From an uncultured Bdellovibrionales bacterium (GTDB lineage: Bacteria; Patescibacteriota; Minisyncoccia; Moranbacterales; GWC2-37-73): a DNA stretch of 64,000 nt. The notes beneath the pieces are model-generated. The model was not told the origin of the DNA and did not search any database. It saw only the letters and a program-made list of their open reading frames with translations. Shown here piece after piece: positions 9,614 through 18,888 of this stretch (position 1 is the first letter of the stretch; each line of letters opens with the position of its first letter). The stretch is taken from the NCBI GenBank assembly GCA_964609855.1, contig CAZSTB010000004.1, forward strand, positions 3,740 through 67,739, in the 5' to 3' direction. Position numbers and translations under genes: made by a program.

Positions 9614-10651
9614 TTATCTCCAGGAATACGACTTAAAGGCCCAATCAGCCATAGTCTTAATATCCGTCCAGCGATGAACATCATCTAATACAACGGAAAC
9701 GATTCTATGTTTTGTTGACGGATCGGCAACGACCATCAAAAGAGAATAACCAGCTAGTGGGGTGAATCCCGTCTTTGCTCCCGTAATATTCGGCATCTGA
9801 TCTAATAGTTGATCGGTATTTAAAATAGTGTGAGACAATTTTCCATCACTTGATTTGACGATAGTATTGCTTGGCAAACGTGAAATCTTCCAAATAGTAT
9901 CATAGCGTAAGGAATATGCTGCGATTCGTGCGATATCATACGCCGAAGAATAGCATTCCGATTCCCGTCCATCTATTTCAAGACCTGAGGGAGTACAGAA
10001 ATTGCTGTCAGTAAGTCCTAGTTCTTTCGCTTTTTGATTCATCATCGCAGCAAAGCCCTCTTGGGAACCGCCCATGTGTTTTCCAAGTGCCAAGGCTGCA
10101 TCATTAGCACTGTTCATCAACATAGCAGTCAACAAATTTCGCGCCGAAATTTTTTCTCCCACTTGGAGACGCGTAGAAATACAATAGCCACTGCGCGGAC
10201 AGCCGATTTTTGTTCCGATAATAAACACTGCCTCTTCATCGATAGTAACATCCTCATCCAAGTTTTTTATTTTTTCCATCACCAAAACTGCCGTCATTAA
10301 TTTTGTTAATGAAGCAATCTGGCGCTGCTCTCTGCCTTCATTATAATGCATGATAGTCCCCGTATCGGCATCAATAATCACGGAAGCATGAGCATTAGGA
10401 ACAACCAAATCTTTCACACCATCCTTACGAACCGGCTGGTATGTAGGGTTTTCAATTGCTTGAGCTTTAATCTTTTGAATTTCGGGTTCCTTTTTTGTTT
10501 CCACACCTTTAACTAAGCCATTCTCAATGCCGTTATCAACTCTCACAACATCAGCCTGAACCTGACTCCCGCCAACCAAGCTTTCATTAAAAAGCAAAAA
10601 GGCATTAAGCGGAAAAAATAAAACCATCACAATTGTCCCAAGTATACCCAT
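9614..10651 (-). CDS. D-alanyl-D-alanine carboxypeptidase (peptidase S11, PBP5-like)
   Basis: SLTKLMT (SxxK), SAND (SxN), KTGFT (KTG) active-site triad of S11 serine peptidases; N-terminal signal/TM segment. Confidence 0.8.
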   Translation of the reverse strand: MGILGTIVMVLFFPLNAFLLFNESLVGGSQVQADVVRVDNGIENGLVKGVETKKEPEIQKIKAQAIENPTYQPVRKDGVKDLVVPNAHASVIIDADTGTIMHYNEGREQRQIASLTKLMTAVLVMEKIKNLDEDVTIDEEAVFIIGTKIGCPRSGYCISTRLQVGEKISARNLLTAMLMNSANDAALALGKHMGGSQEGFAAMMNQKAKELGLTDSNFCTPSGLEIDGRESECYSSAYDIARIAAYSLRYDTIWKISRLPSNTIVKSSDGKLSHTILNTDQLLDQMPNITGAKTGFTPLAGYSLLMVVADPSTKHRIVSVVLDDVHRWTDIKTMADWAFKSYSWR

Positions 10652-10723
10652 CAGCTTTTTCTTTTATATTTAAAAATCTATTTTTATATCAGACTATCAT
10701 TGAAAGCAAAATCGCATTATCAC

Positions 10724-11275
10724 CTATTCTTCAATTTTAATTCGCTCATCCACAGATAGTGTAGCATAATCTGGAAGTTTTTTCACGTCATCGATTCCCA
10801 TTTTCTTAAGGAAATCAAAAGAAATAGTATAAACATAACCCCGCGTGTCGCGCGGATTATCATTTCTGACAATAAGTCCGCGCAATAACAAGTTACGCAG
10901 CGTATAGGCGCAATTGACTCCGCGAATTTGCTCAATTTCAGGCTTTGAAATCGGACCGCGATAAGCGATGATTGACACTACTTCCATGGCGGAATTTGAA
11001 AGCGAATCCTGCATTTCATTTTTAACCAAATTTTCAACGTAAATACTGTTATCAGGATCTGAAACCAATTGTACTTCGTCAGCATTAATAAGGAGCTTTA
11101 ATCCACTTTCAGACTGACTGTATTTTTCCTGTAAGGCAATTATGCACTCTTCAATTAAGTCATTGTCTTGCTCTAAAATTTTAACAAGCTTACGTTTTTT
11201 AAGCGGCTCGCCACTGACAAATAACATACTTTCGATCACGGACATCAATTTATCTTTTTCCATATTTTTATGCAT
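10724..11275 (-). CDS. scpB: Segregation and condensation protein B
   Basis: SVIESMLFVSGEPL N-terminus and tandem winged-helix organisation typical of ScpB; adjacent to scpA. Confidence 0.85.
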   Translation of the reverse strand: MHKNMEKDKLMSVIESMLFVSGEPLKKRKLVKILEQDNDLIEECIIALQEKYSQSESGLKLLINADEVQLVSDPDNSIYVENLVKNEMQDSLSNSAMEVVSIIAYRGPISKPEIEQIRGVNCAYTLRNLLLRGLIVRNDNPRDTRGYVYTISFDFLKKMGIDDVKKLPDYATLSVDERIKIEE

Positions 11276-11377
11276 TAATTTTCATTTTTCAATTTACAAT
11301 TTTCAATAAATTCTAACTTTTAAAATTTTCAAACACAATTCCTGCTTATTGAAAATTCATTGAAAATTGAATATTGG

Positions 11378-12091
11378 TTATTGAGAATTGTCTTTGTGTT
11401 TTAAGCTGATTTCACTAAATAACTCTCCCTGTTCAACATGAATAATCCGTTGCTTAACAAGTTCCAGCATTGCTAAAAAGGAAACTACGATCTCCACTTT
11501 GTCTTTAGCATCCGCAACAAGTTGAGAGAAAGATGATTGTACTCTTACGCGCAGTGTTTCCTGAAGATGCACGATTCTGTCTTCTAGAGTCAAAACTTCT
11601 TTCACAATATCTTCGTCCAATTTCTCAGCAACCGGAATCTCACCTAAAACGCGATTAAATGCCTTTGCTAAATCCTGACTGGTAATATCTTTTGGCGGAT
11701 AAAAAACTACTGATAATCCAAGAAAACCTTCTCGCGAAAAACTTGCAGCCGGGGATTGGAAAATTATTTCCAAGTTTTTAGCTGCATCCTTGAATTTTTT
11801 ATATTCTGCCAGCTGATGCTCTAAATCTTTTATTTCTTCCTCTTCCTCTTCCGTAAATTGTAAAAGTGGTAATAATGCCTTTGACTTGATTAAAATCAGG
11901 CGCGTTGCAATATTTAAGAAATCTGCCAGATGCGACAAACTGACGTCTTTTGCGGAAGAAATATATTCCAGATATTGATCAGTGATCTTGGCCAAGCTGA
12001 CGCGAGTAATGTCCAACTTTTCCTGCTCAGTAAGTTGCAAAAGCAAATCCAGCGGTCCCTCAAATTGTTCCAACTTAATATTATAAAGCAT
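11378..12091 (-). CDS. scpA: Segregation and condensation protein A (kleisin)
   Basis: LEQFEGPLDLLLQLTEQEKLDITRVSLAKITDQYLEYI N-terminal kleisin motif. Confidence 0.85.
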   Translation of the reverse strand: MLYNIKLEQFEGPLDLLLQLTEQEKLDITRVSLAKITDQYLEYISSAKDVSLSHLADFLNIATRLILIKSKALLPLLQFTEEEEEEIKDLEHQLAEYKKFKDAAKNLEIIFQSPAASFSREGFLGLSVVFYPPKDITSQDLAKAFNRVLGEIPVAEKLDEDIVKEVLTLEDRIVHLQETLRVRVQSSFSQLVADAKDKVEIVVSFLAMLELVKQRIIHVEQGELFSEISLKHKDNSQ

Positions 12092-12114
12092 AAAACAGAC
12101 TCAAAAAAAATAAT

Positions 12115-13332
12115 TTATGAAACTACACCTTTCAGCTCCAATTCCAATTCCCTTTCACTTTTATTATCAACTAAAGTCAACGCCGGATACAATGCCAATA
12201 AAACCACGCCTGCAATAAATAGGAACACGACCTTAAGCGGAAAGAAAAATAATATCACCGCAGAAAGAGCAGTGGCTGCCAGATAAGCGACTGAGCGTGA
12301 TGTCCTAAAGAAACTGATGATATCCATATCGCTGCCATCGATGCGCTTATAAAAATAAGAATCACGCAGCGTTTCAATCATTGCTGCTCCAACTCTAGTC
12401 ATAAACAGCACAGTGCTCCAAATCCACAGCGAATTCCCTTTGATAAAAAAGATACTAGCCGTTGAGAAAGCGATCAAAAAAAGTGCGCCAATTATCATCT
12501 CTTTTTCTCCAATCTTCTTATCTGCAAGGATTCCCACCGGATAGCCGAAAACTGTAAACGGGATAAGCATGATCGTAAAAATCAAACCAATTTGTCCCCA
12601 ACCTATTCCGCGATCCAACAAATAAAGCGGGGTATAAACAACCATCAGGGCATAGAAAAATTCCAACGCAAAAGAGATCCAATAAATTCGCATCAAATCT
12701 TTATTGATAAAAATTTTCCTAACTAAATCTTTCACCGTCAAATTACCGCCGAATTTAGAATTGCCGCCGCGAAGTCCGATCAAGCCAGCCACAAAAATTC
12801 CCATATTTATAATCATGGCGATGAAAAATAGACCGAAGTAACTATATTGTTCCAAAATTCTCGTGGAAATCAATGGCCCAAGAATAAATCCTAGATTTGT
12901 CATCATCAAATGAAAGCCGCGAATTCTTCCTGATTTTTTATCTTCAGAATATGACTCTAAGATAATATCCAAAAGCACGATAACTAAATATGAAGAGATG
13001 ATATACATCATCAACAGAGCTATTCCAACGACTGATGGCGGTACCATGGTAAGGATGGTTACACTGCATATTTGCAAAAAAAAGAACAGGAAAAAAGCTG
13101 TTGATTTTCCAATAGCCTTGATAATCTTATGCAAATTTAGCAGTACAATTAAAGCAATGGCATATGCGATAAAGTAAAAAATACTGACATTCTCACTCCC
13201 CAATGAAACCTTAAAATATGATGATTCCACATACATCAAAAGCGACTGCGCAAAACCGAGCAGTAAAGCCAATGAGGTTATGAGTTGTAATTTTCTTTCG
13301 TTTATTTTTTCTTTATGTTTTTTTATTTTCAT
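12115..13332 (-). CDS. MFS-superfamily transporter
   Basis: About 12 hydrophobic helices in a 6+6 arrangement. Confidence 0.65.
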   Translation of the reverse strand: MKIKKHKEKINERKLQLITSLALLLGFAQSLLMYVESSYFKVSLGSENVSIFYFIAYAIALIVLLNLHKIIKAIGKSTAFFLFFFLQICSVTILTMVPPSVVGIALLMMYIISSYLVIVLLDIILESYSEDKKSGRIRGFHLMMTNLGFILGPLISTRILEQYSYFGLFFIAMIINMGIFVAGLIGLRGGNSKFGGNLTVKDLVRKIFINKDLMRIYWISFALEFFYALMVVYTPLYLLDRGIGWGQIGLIFTIMLIPFTVFGYPVGILADKKIGEKEMIIGALFLIAFSTASIFFIKGNSLWIWSTVLFMTRVGAAMIETLRDSYFYKRIDGSDMDIISFFRTSRSVAYLAATALSAVILFFFPLKVVFLFIAGVVLLALYPALTLVDNKSERELELELKGVVS

Positions 13333-13359
13333 GAATTTTTCAACAGCCTTTTACTTGCA

Positions 13360-13388
13360 AGAGGCTAAGTTCAAAAAACTTAGCCTCT
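13360..13388 (-). terminator. Hairpin 3' of aspS (11-bp stem AGAGGCTAAGTT/ACTTAGCCTCT)
   Basis: Perfect inverted repeat seen directly; no clean U-tract. Confidence 0.4.
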
Positions 13389-13404
13389 AATATTTAAAGT
13401 GATA

Positions 13405-14820
13405 CTAAACCAGTTTCTTTTTTCTTTTAACGACTTTGATGCCTGCCTCCACTAGTTGTCTTTCATCGAGTTCACTAGGGGCGCTCATCATAGGATCCTC
13501 TGCTTCACCGGTTTTCGAGAAAGCGATGACTTCTCGAATATTAGGTTCACCTTGAAGTATCATCACGATGCGATCAACTCCCGGTGCGATTCCTCCATGA
13601 GGCGGAGCACCGAATTCGAAGGCTTTAAGCATATGTCCATAATCTCGCTGAATTTTTTCTTCAGGAATTCCCATAATTTCCAGCACCTTACGCAAGGCTT
13701 CAGGTTCATGATTTCGAATGCTTCCCCCACCAATTTCAAATCCATTAAGCACGATGTCGTACTGCGTTGTCAAAATCTCTCCGATATTTTCTTTCCTCAT
13801 CAATTGCTCCATGAACTCAGGTTTCGGTCTAGAAAATGGGTTATGTGTAAATGTCCAACCACTTGAAGATTCTTCATCTTTTTCAAAAAATGGAAAATCA
13901 ACAACCCAACAGAATGCCAACAAATTAGGGTCATTCTTGTCTTCACGAATATCTGGTCTGTCGCATCCATACTTTTCCATTGATTCCTGATAAGAAATCC
14001 TCGGAAATGGCAACGCTTGAATTTTCTTTTCCGGATAATAAGTCTGAACCAATTTGATCAGCATTTCTTCAACAACATTCATCACATCTTCTTGCTCAAC
14101 AAAACTCATTTCCATATCGAGTTGAGTGAACTCCGGTTGGCGGTCTCCGCGAGTATCCTCATCGCGAAAACATCTGGCAATCTGGAAATATCTTTCCAGT
14201 CCGGCAGTCATAAGTAGCTGCTTGTATTGCTGTGGCGATTGCGGCAAAGCATAGAATTTTCCTTTATAGATGCGGGACGGTACAACATAATCACGAGAAC
14301 CCTCAGCAGTTGATTTCCCAAGGATCGGCGTTTCAATTTCAATGAAGTCTTTTTCACCCAAAAAGTCTCTGAAAAATTTCACGACCTTATGGCGCATCAA
14401 AATATTGTCGCGCATTCTTTCACTGCGAAGGTCTAGGTATCTGTATTTTAGGCGTAATTCTTCGTTAACATTTTTAGTATCTTTGTTCAATTCGAAAGGC
14501 AAAGCTTTTGATTCGTTCAAAATCTTGATAGATGCAACTTCAATTTCCACCCCGCCTGTTGCCGATTTCTCATTGCGTGCGCTCATTGGGCGCTCTTTCA
14601 CAACGCCCTCCATTTCAATCACAAATTCGCTTCTTAGACGCTTTGCATTGTCATGCGCTTCCACATGATCAGGAATGATAACTGTTTGAATAATCCCACT
14701 ACGATCCCTAAGGTCAACAAAAATAAGTTTTCCGTGATCACGCCTAATATGTACCCAACCTGCAATTTTTACGGTTTGACCAATAAATTTTGGCGTATCA
14801 ATGATTCTAATTCGCTCCAT
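13405..14820 (-). CDS. aspS: Aspartyl-tRNA synthetase, short bacterial-type lacking the GAD insertion domain
   Basis: N-terminal OB fold (GWVHIRRDHGKLIFVDLRD), class II motifs FRDEDTRGDRQPEFTQLDMEMSF and GGSIR; 471 aa. Confidence 0.9.
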   Translation of the reverse strand: MERIRIIDTPKFIGQTVKIAGWVHIRRDHGKLIFVDLRDRSGIIQTVIIPDHVEAHDNAKRLRSEFVIEMEGVVKERPMSARNEKSATGGVEIEVASIKILNESKALPFELNKDTKNVNEELRLKYRYLDLRSERMRDNILMRHKVVKFFRDFLGEKDFIEIETPILGKSTAEGSRDYVVPSRIYKGKFYALPQSPQQYKQLLMTAGLERYFQIARCFRDEDTRGDRQPEFTQLDMEMSFVEQEDVMNVVEEMLIKLVQTYYPEKKIQALPFPRISYQESMEKYGCDRPDIREDKNDPNLLAFCWVVDFPFFEKDEESSSGWTFTHNPFSRPKPEFMEQLMRKENIGEILTTQYDIVLNGFEIGGGSIRNHEPEALRKVLEIMGIPEEKIQRDYGHMLKAFEFGAPPHGGIAPGVDRIVMILQGEPNIREVIAFSKTGEAEDPMMSAPSELDERQLVEAGIKVVKRKKKLV

Positions 14821-14838
14821 ATGTTTTTATAAACTTAA

Positions 14839-15636
14839 TTATTCAAGAATTTCTGCTACACGCCGGGCAAGGTCACTTGGAACAACATGCGTTTTTTCAT
14901 AAAAATCCGTTATTCCCAAATCCCTGACCGGCTGAATATCTTCTTCCACAACTGACGCCGACAGAACTATTATCGGGGTTTCTTTCGTTTTATCGTCCAG
15001 TCTTATGCGCCTGATAATTTCCTCTCCTGCCATGGCTGGCATCACCATATCAGTGATAATCAAATCGTAATGATTTTCCGCCGCCATCTTGCATCCCCAA
15101 ACACCATTTTTTGCATATTCAACTTCAAATCCATCATCTTCTAATTTCTTGCCAAACATTTCCAAGAAAATTTCCTCATCCTCAATAAACAAAATGCGTT
15201 TTTTATCTTTTTTATGGAGAAAATTAAATCCACCCAAACGTTGACTATTCTTCTTTTGCTCTTGATACATAGCCAGCAGCCTATTTATCTCGGTAACCAA
15301 TTCCGAGGGTGAAAACCTACTTTTTTCAATAAATTCATCTGCCCCATTCTCCCTTGTCTCTTTTTCATTTTCAGCCTTACTCAGATTGCTCAAAATCACA
15401 ACTTTCAAGTCGCTACTATAATTTCCGCTTTTTTTAAGCTCTTTCAAAACATCCATTCCACTCATTTCCGGCAAAACCATATCCAAAAGGATCAAGTCAA
15501 AATCCTCCTCACTGGCAACTTTAAGCACCTCACGACCATTCGTAACGTTAATCACCTCAAAACCTGCATTTTTAAACTTGTTCAGATAGATGTCTGCAAT
15601 CATTGGGTCGTCCTCAACAAGCATGATTTTCGCCAT
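14839..15636 (-). CDS. Orphan response regulator with two tandem receiver (REC) domains and no output domain
   Basis: Two CheY-like units (IMLVEDDP...LILLDMVLP; ILFIEDEE...LIITDMVMP), each with the phospho-acceptor Asp and a conserved Lys. Confidence 0.75.
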   Translation of the reverse strand: MAKIMLVEDDPMIADIYLNKFKNAGFEVINVTNGREVLKVASEEDFDLILLDMVLPEMSGMDVLKELKKSGNYSSDLKVVILSNLSKAENEKETRENGADEFIEKSRFSPSELVTEINRLLAMYQEQKKNSQRLGGFNFLHKKDKKRILFIEDEEIFLEMFGKKLEDDGFEVEYAKNGVWGCKMAAENHYDLIITDMVMPAMAGEEIIRRIRLDDKTKETPIIVLSASVVEEDIQPVRDLGITDFYEKTHVVPSDLARRVAEILE

Positions 15637-15871
15637 AATGGATGTGTAAATTTATAACACTTAATATGCTAAGCATACCTGATATAAAGGGAAAAAGCAA
15701 GAATATTTAACAATTTTCAATTTTCAGTTCTCAATTATCATTGAATTTCCATTTTTTAATTTTCGAAACAAATTTAATAAATTAATCATTGATTAATTGA
15801 GATTTCATTGGAAATTGAAAATTGATTATTGAAAATTTGGAGACAAGATAATTAACTCAGCACATAATTCA

Positions 15872-16744
15872 TTAAAGTGACTTGATTTTCAAAAGCACTT
15901 CGTCAATAATCCATTTTGGCGTACTGGCGCCAGCTGTAACGGCGACTGTCTTACAATCTGCAAACCAGGCAGCATCCAATTCCTCAACTCGCGCCACAAA
16001 ATATGATTTGGGATTAATACGTAGTGCGATTTCCCAAAGCCTTGTGGAATTGGCGCTTTCAGGACTGCCAATTATAACGATGACTTCATTTTCTCCAGCC
16101 ATTTTAGTTATCTCAGTCTGCCTATGATGCGTAGTTAAACAGATAGAATCCACAACTTCAGCATGCGGATATTTCTCGCATATCTGCTTCGCTGCACGCT
16201 CAACAAATTCCTGGTCTTGTGTAGTCTGTGAAAGAATCGCCAACTTCTTATCTTTATCGGCCACAAATCCGCAAAGATCCTCGTCGGTTTCAATTAAGAT
16301 TGCTTTTTTATTGGCCCATTCAAAAATTCCCTTAACTTCCTTATGATTTTTCTCGCCGATCATGACAATTTGTGTGTCGCGATCAAAAAAGGCTTTTGCT
16401 AGTCGCTGAACCTTGATGACACGCGGACAGGTGGTATCGATAAGCGGAACTCCATGAGTTTTTGCAAGTTCATAAATTTTCGGTCCGATACCATGAGCCG
16501 TAACAACTAAAGTTCCAACCTCCCCTTTGATTTTTTCGAAAAAATTCTCAAGGGGTCCCTCAACGTGAACTTTGCGCACACCCATTTTTTCAATTTTTTC
16601 CACCACGTCACTATTATGCACCAAAGACCCAAGCACAAAAATCGGCTTTTTCACCTGCGGGTCACTCGCAATCTTTTCAACGATATCGTACGCCCTCTGC
16701 ACGCCTTCGCAGAAACCTGCGAATTTACTTAAGGTTATTTTCAT
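15872..16744 (-). CDS. ispH: 4-hydroxy-3-methylbut-2-enyl diphosphate reductase (MEP pathway)
   Basis: MKITLSKFAGFCEGVQRA N-terminus; three conserved Cys and HN/TxH motifs of IspH/LytB. Confidence 0.9.
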   Translation of the reverse strand: MKITLSKFAGFCEGVQRAYDIVEKIASDPQVKKPIFVLGSLVHNSDVVEKIEKMGVRKVHVEGPLENFFEKIKGEVGTLVVTAHGIGPKIYELAKTHGVPLIDTTCPRVIKVQRLAKAFFDRDTQIVMIGEKNHKEVKGIFEWANKKAILIETDEDLCGFVADKDKKLAILSQTTQDQEFVERAAKQICEKYPHAEVVDSICLTTHHRQTEITKMAGENEVIVIIGSPESANSTRLWEIALRINPKSYFVARVEELDAAWFADCKTVAVTAGASTPKWIIDEVLLKIKSL

Positions 16745-16938
16745 ATTTAAAAAATAATTTTTAATTTTTAATTTTTAATTTCGAATGAATGTATTAATTC
16801 TTTAATACTTAAAACATTCTGAAATTAGAAATTGAATCGAAATTTTTGCTCCAGGCTTATCCCTTGGGGACAAAATTCAAAATTGGAAATTCAAAATTAC
16901 TTACATAATGCTAAAAGATTAACCGTATTTAGGCAAGT

Positions 16939-17006
16939 GTTACGCAGCATGTTACGCAGCAAAAACCTAACCGCATCATTTACTACCATATGAAGTAGTA
17001 TGGTAG
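16939..17006. repeat. Tandem 11-mer (GTTACGCAGCA x2, 16939-16960) followed by a palindrome CTACCATA-N8-TATGGTAG (16983-17006) in the ispH/proS spacer
   Basis: Seen directly in sequence. Confidence 0.6.
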
Positions 17007-17080
17007 TGAGGGATTAAATTTTGTTTTCCATTTTCAATTCCTGAAACAAGAATTCAAAAAATGGAATTATTATTTTTAAT

Positions 17081-17110
17081 AAGAATCCTCCACTCTATTG
17101 GAGGATTCTT
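17081..17110 (-). terminator. Hairpin (12-bp perfect stem AAGAATCCTCCA/TGGAGGATTCTT) immediately 3' of proS
   Basis: Perfect inverted repeat; A/T-rich flanks. Confidence 0.5.
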
Positions 17111-17120
17111 ATTCAAGAAC

Positions 17121-18350
17121 TTATAATGTTGCTAGAAAATCATCAATCGAAACAATCTTATTTTCGCTTTCGTTTCGCTTTTTAATTTCAATTCCGCCAG
17201 CTGCCAAAGATTTTTTACTGATAACAACGCGCAGTGGTATTCCTATCAGGTCGCTGTCTGCAAATTTTTCACCAGCGCTAACTTCGCGGTCATCCATTAA
17301 AACTTCAATTCCTTTTTGTTTAAGAGTTTGATAAATTTTCTCAGCTTCCTCGTCTTCACCAAGATTAATCAGGTGAACAGCAAAAGGCGCGATTCCTTCC
17401 GGCCAGATGATTCCTTTTTCGTCATGGAAAAGTTCCACTGCAGTTCCCATTAAGCGATTAAGACCAATTCCATAACATCCCATAATCACATCGTTTTCAT
17501 TTCCCTCTTGATCCTTATAAGTAAGTTCAAATGGGGTCGAAAATTTAGTCATCAATTTGAAAATATTTCCCGTCTCAACTGCCTTTTCTTTTCGAAGTTC
17601 AGCATTTCCACATTGAGGACATTTATATTTAAGGTCTTCAATGATTTCGTCATTCACTGCAATACGACATTTGTCACAGATATAAATATTGTCCTCTCCT
17701 GCATCTGTTAAGGTCTGAAATTCATGGGAGTATTTAGAAAACGATCCGCCAGAAGCATATGTATAGTAAGTTTTTTCCCAAATTCCAGCTCTTTCAAAAA
17801 CTCGCTGATATGCGGCAGTAGCTTTTTCATAATAAGCATCTAAATCCTCACTGCTAGTGTGAAATGAATACAGATCTTTCATGAAAAATTCTCTACCGCG
17901 CAAAATTCCGGATTTGGCTCTTTTTTCATCACGGAACTTGTTTTGAATTTGAAATGTCGCAGTTGGCAAATCCTTGTATGAAAGCACGAATTTTTTCATC
18001 AACGGCGACACGACTTCTTCATGAGTTGCGCCAAGAGCATATTCATTTTTAGAATAAAAACTAGTGAATTTGAAAAGATTATCCAAGCCATCCCAGCGTC
18101 CAGATTTCTCCCAATTTTCTTTCGGATTAAGTGACGGCATCAAAATTTCATTTGCGCCAAGATTATTCATCTCTTCGCGAATGATGTTTTCAATCTTGCG
18201 AAATACCCGAAGACCTAATGGCAAAAAAGTATAAGTCCCCGCCATGAGCTTATCCACAAATCCAGCCCTAATCAGCAATTGTGCATTAATACTGACCTCA
18301 TCAGAAGGTGCTTCCTTTTTAGTTTTAGTGAAAAGTTGACTTTGCTTCAT
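17121..18350 (-). CDS. proS: Prolyl-tRNA synthetase, minimal form without an editing domain, with a zinc-ribbon insertion
   Basis: N-terminus QLLIRAGFVDKLMAGTYTFLPLGLRVFRKIENIIREEM matches the ProRS signature; class II core; inserted CDKC...CPQCG motif. Confidence 0.85.
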   Translation of the reverse strand: MKQSQLFTKTKKEAPSDEVSINAQLLIRAGFVDKLMAGTYTFLPLGLRVFRKIENIIREEMNNLGANEILMPSLNPKENWEKSGRWDGLDNLFKFTSFYSKNEYALGATHEEVVSPLMKKFVLSYKDLPTATFQIQNKFRDEKRAKSGILRGREFFMKDLYSFHTSSEDLDAYYEKATAAYQRVFERAGIWEKTYYTYASGGSFSKYSHEFQTLTDAGEDNIYICDKCRIAVNDEIIEDLKYKCPQCGNAELRKEKAVETGNIFKLMTKFSTPFELTYKDQEGNENDVIMGCYGIGLNRLMGTAVELFHDEKGIIWPEGIAPFAVHLINLGEDEEAEKIYQTLKQKGIEVLMDDREVSAGEKFADSDLIGIPLRVVISKKSLAAGGIEIKKRNESENKIVSIDDFLATL

Positions 18351-18363
18351 TGATTTTACATCG

Positions 18364-18423
18364 TGTCATTCCCGCAAAGCAGGAATCCAGGCCCTAGATT
18401 CTGAATCAAATTCAGAATGACAA
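18364..18423. repeat. GC-rich palindromic repeat, family A copy A1 (TGTCATTCCCG...GGAATCCAGGCCC...GAATGACA)
   Basis: 8-bp terminal inverted repeats TGTCATTC/GAATGACA; internal hairpin ATTCTGAAT-CAA-ATTCAGAAT; shares modules with copies at 37305, 39739, 41357. Confidence 0.7.
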
Positions 18424-18567
18424 AGAAATTTAATATATTTAAGGATAACCTTATCATAGCAAATTATCCCTTAAATGCAAGGAAATATATGAAAAAATCG
18501 TTCAATTAGTTCACGAAGTAATTACGTGCCTCTAGGGTCTTAGCAGCTTTCCCACCTTGTGTTGTTC

Positions 18568-18885
18568 TTAATTAATAATTTTCTTACTTACCGCTCCTTC
18601 GAATATTCTGAAAGCAAGTCGGTTTTCTTTTTTGTAAATAATCGGAGTACCAATGTGAGCCCCGCATTTTAAGCAAATTAGTTGCGGAATTTCCACTAAA
18701 GAAAAGTATTGGAGATTTTCATATTTCTCTGAACTGCAAATCCTATCCAGATATGTCCGCTTCAAAAGACCCGGACCATCTTTCTGGTAACTAAAAAGCC
18801 GCTCATCACATTTCGCGCAACAAACATCAAGCAATTTAGATTGCCCACCCCTCGCTTTGCGGTATCTATCCTGCTTCAGCTTCAT
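18568..18885 (-). CDS. Small zinc-ribbon protein (two CxxC pairs)
   Basis: CCAKC ... CLKCG motifs; 105 aa; directly upstream of the M16 peptidase. Confidence 0.4.
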   Translation of the reverse strand: MKLKQDRYRKARGGQSKLLDVCCAKCDERLFSYQKDGPGLLKRTYLDRICSSEKYENLQYFSLVEIPQLICLKCGAHIGTPIIYKKENRLAFRIFEGAVSKKIIN

Positions 18886-18888
18886 AAA

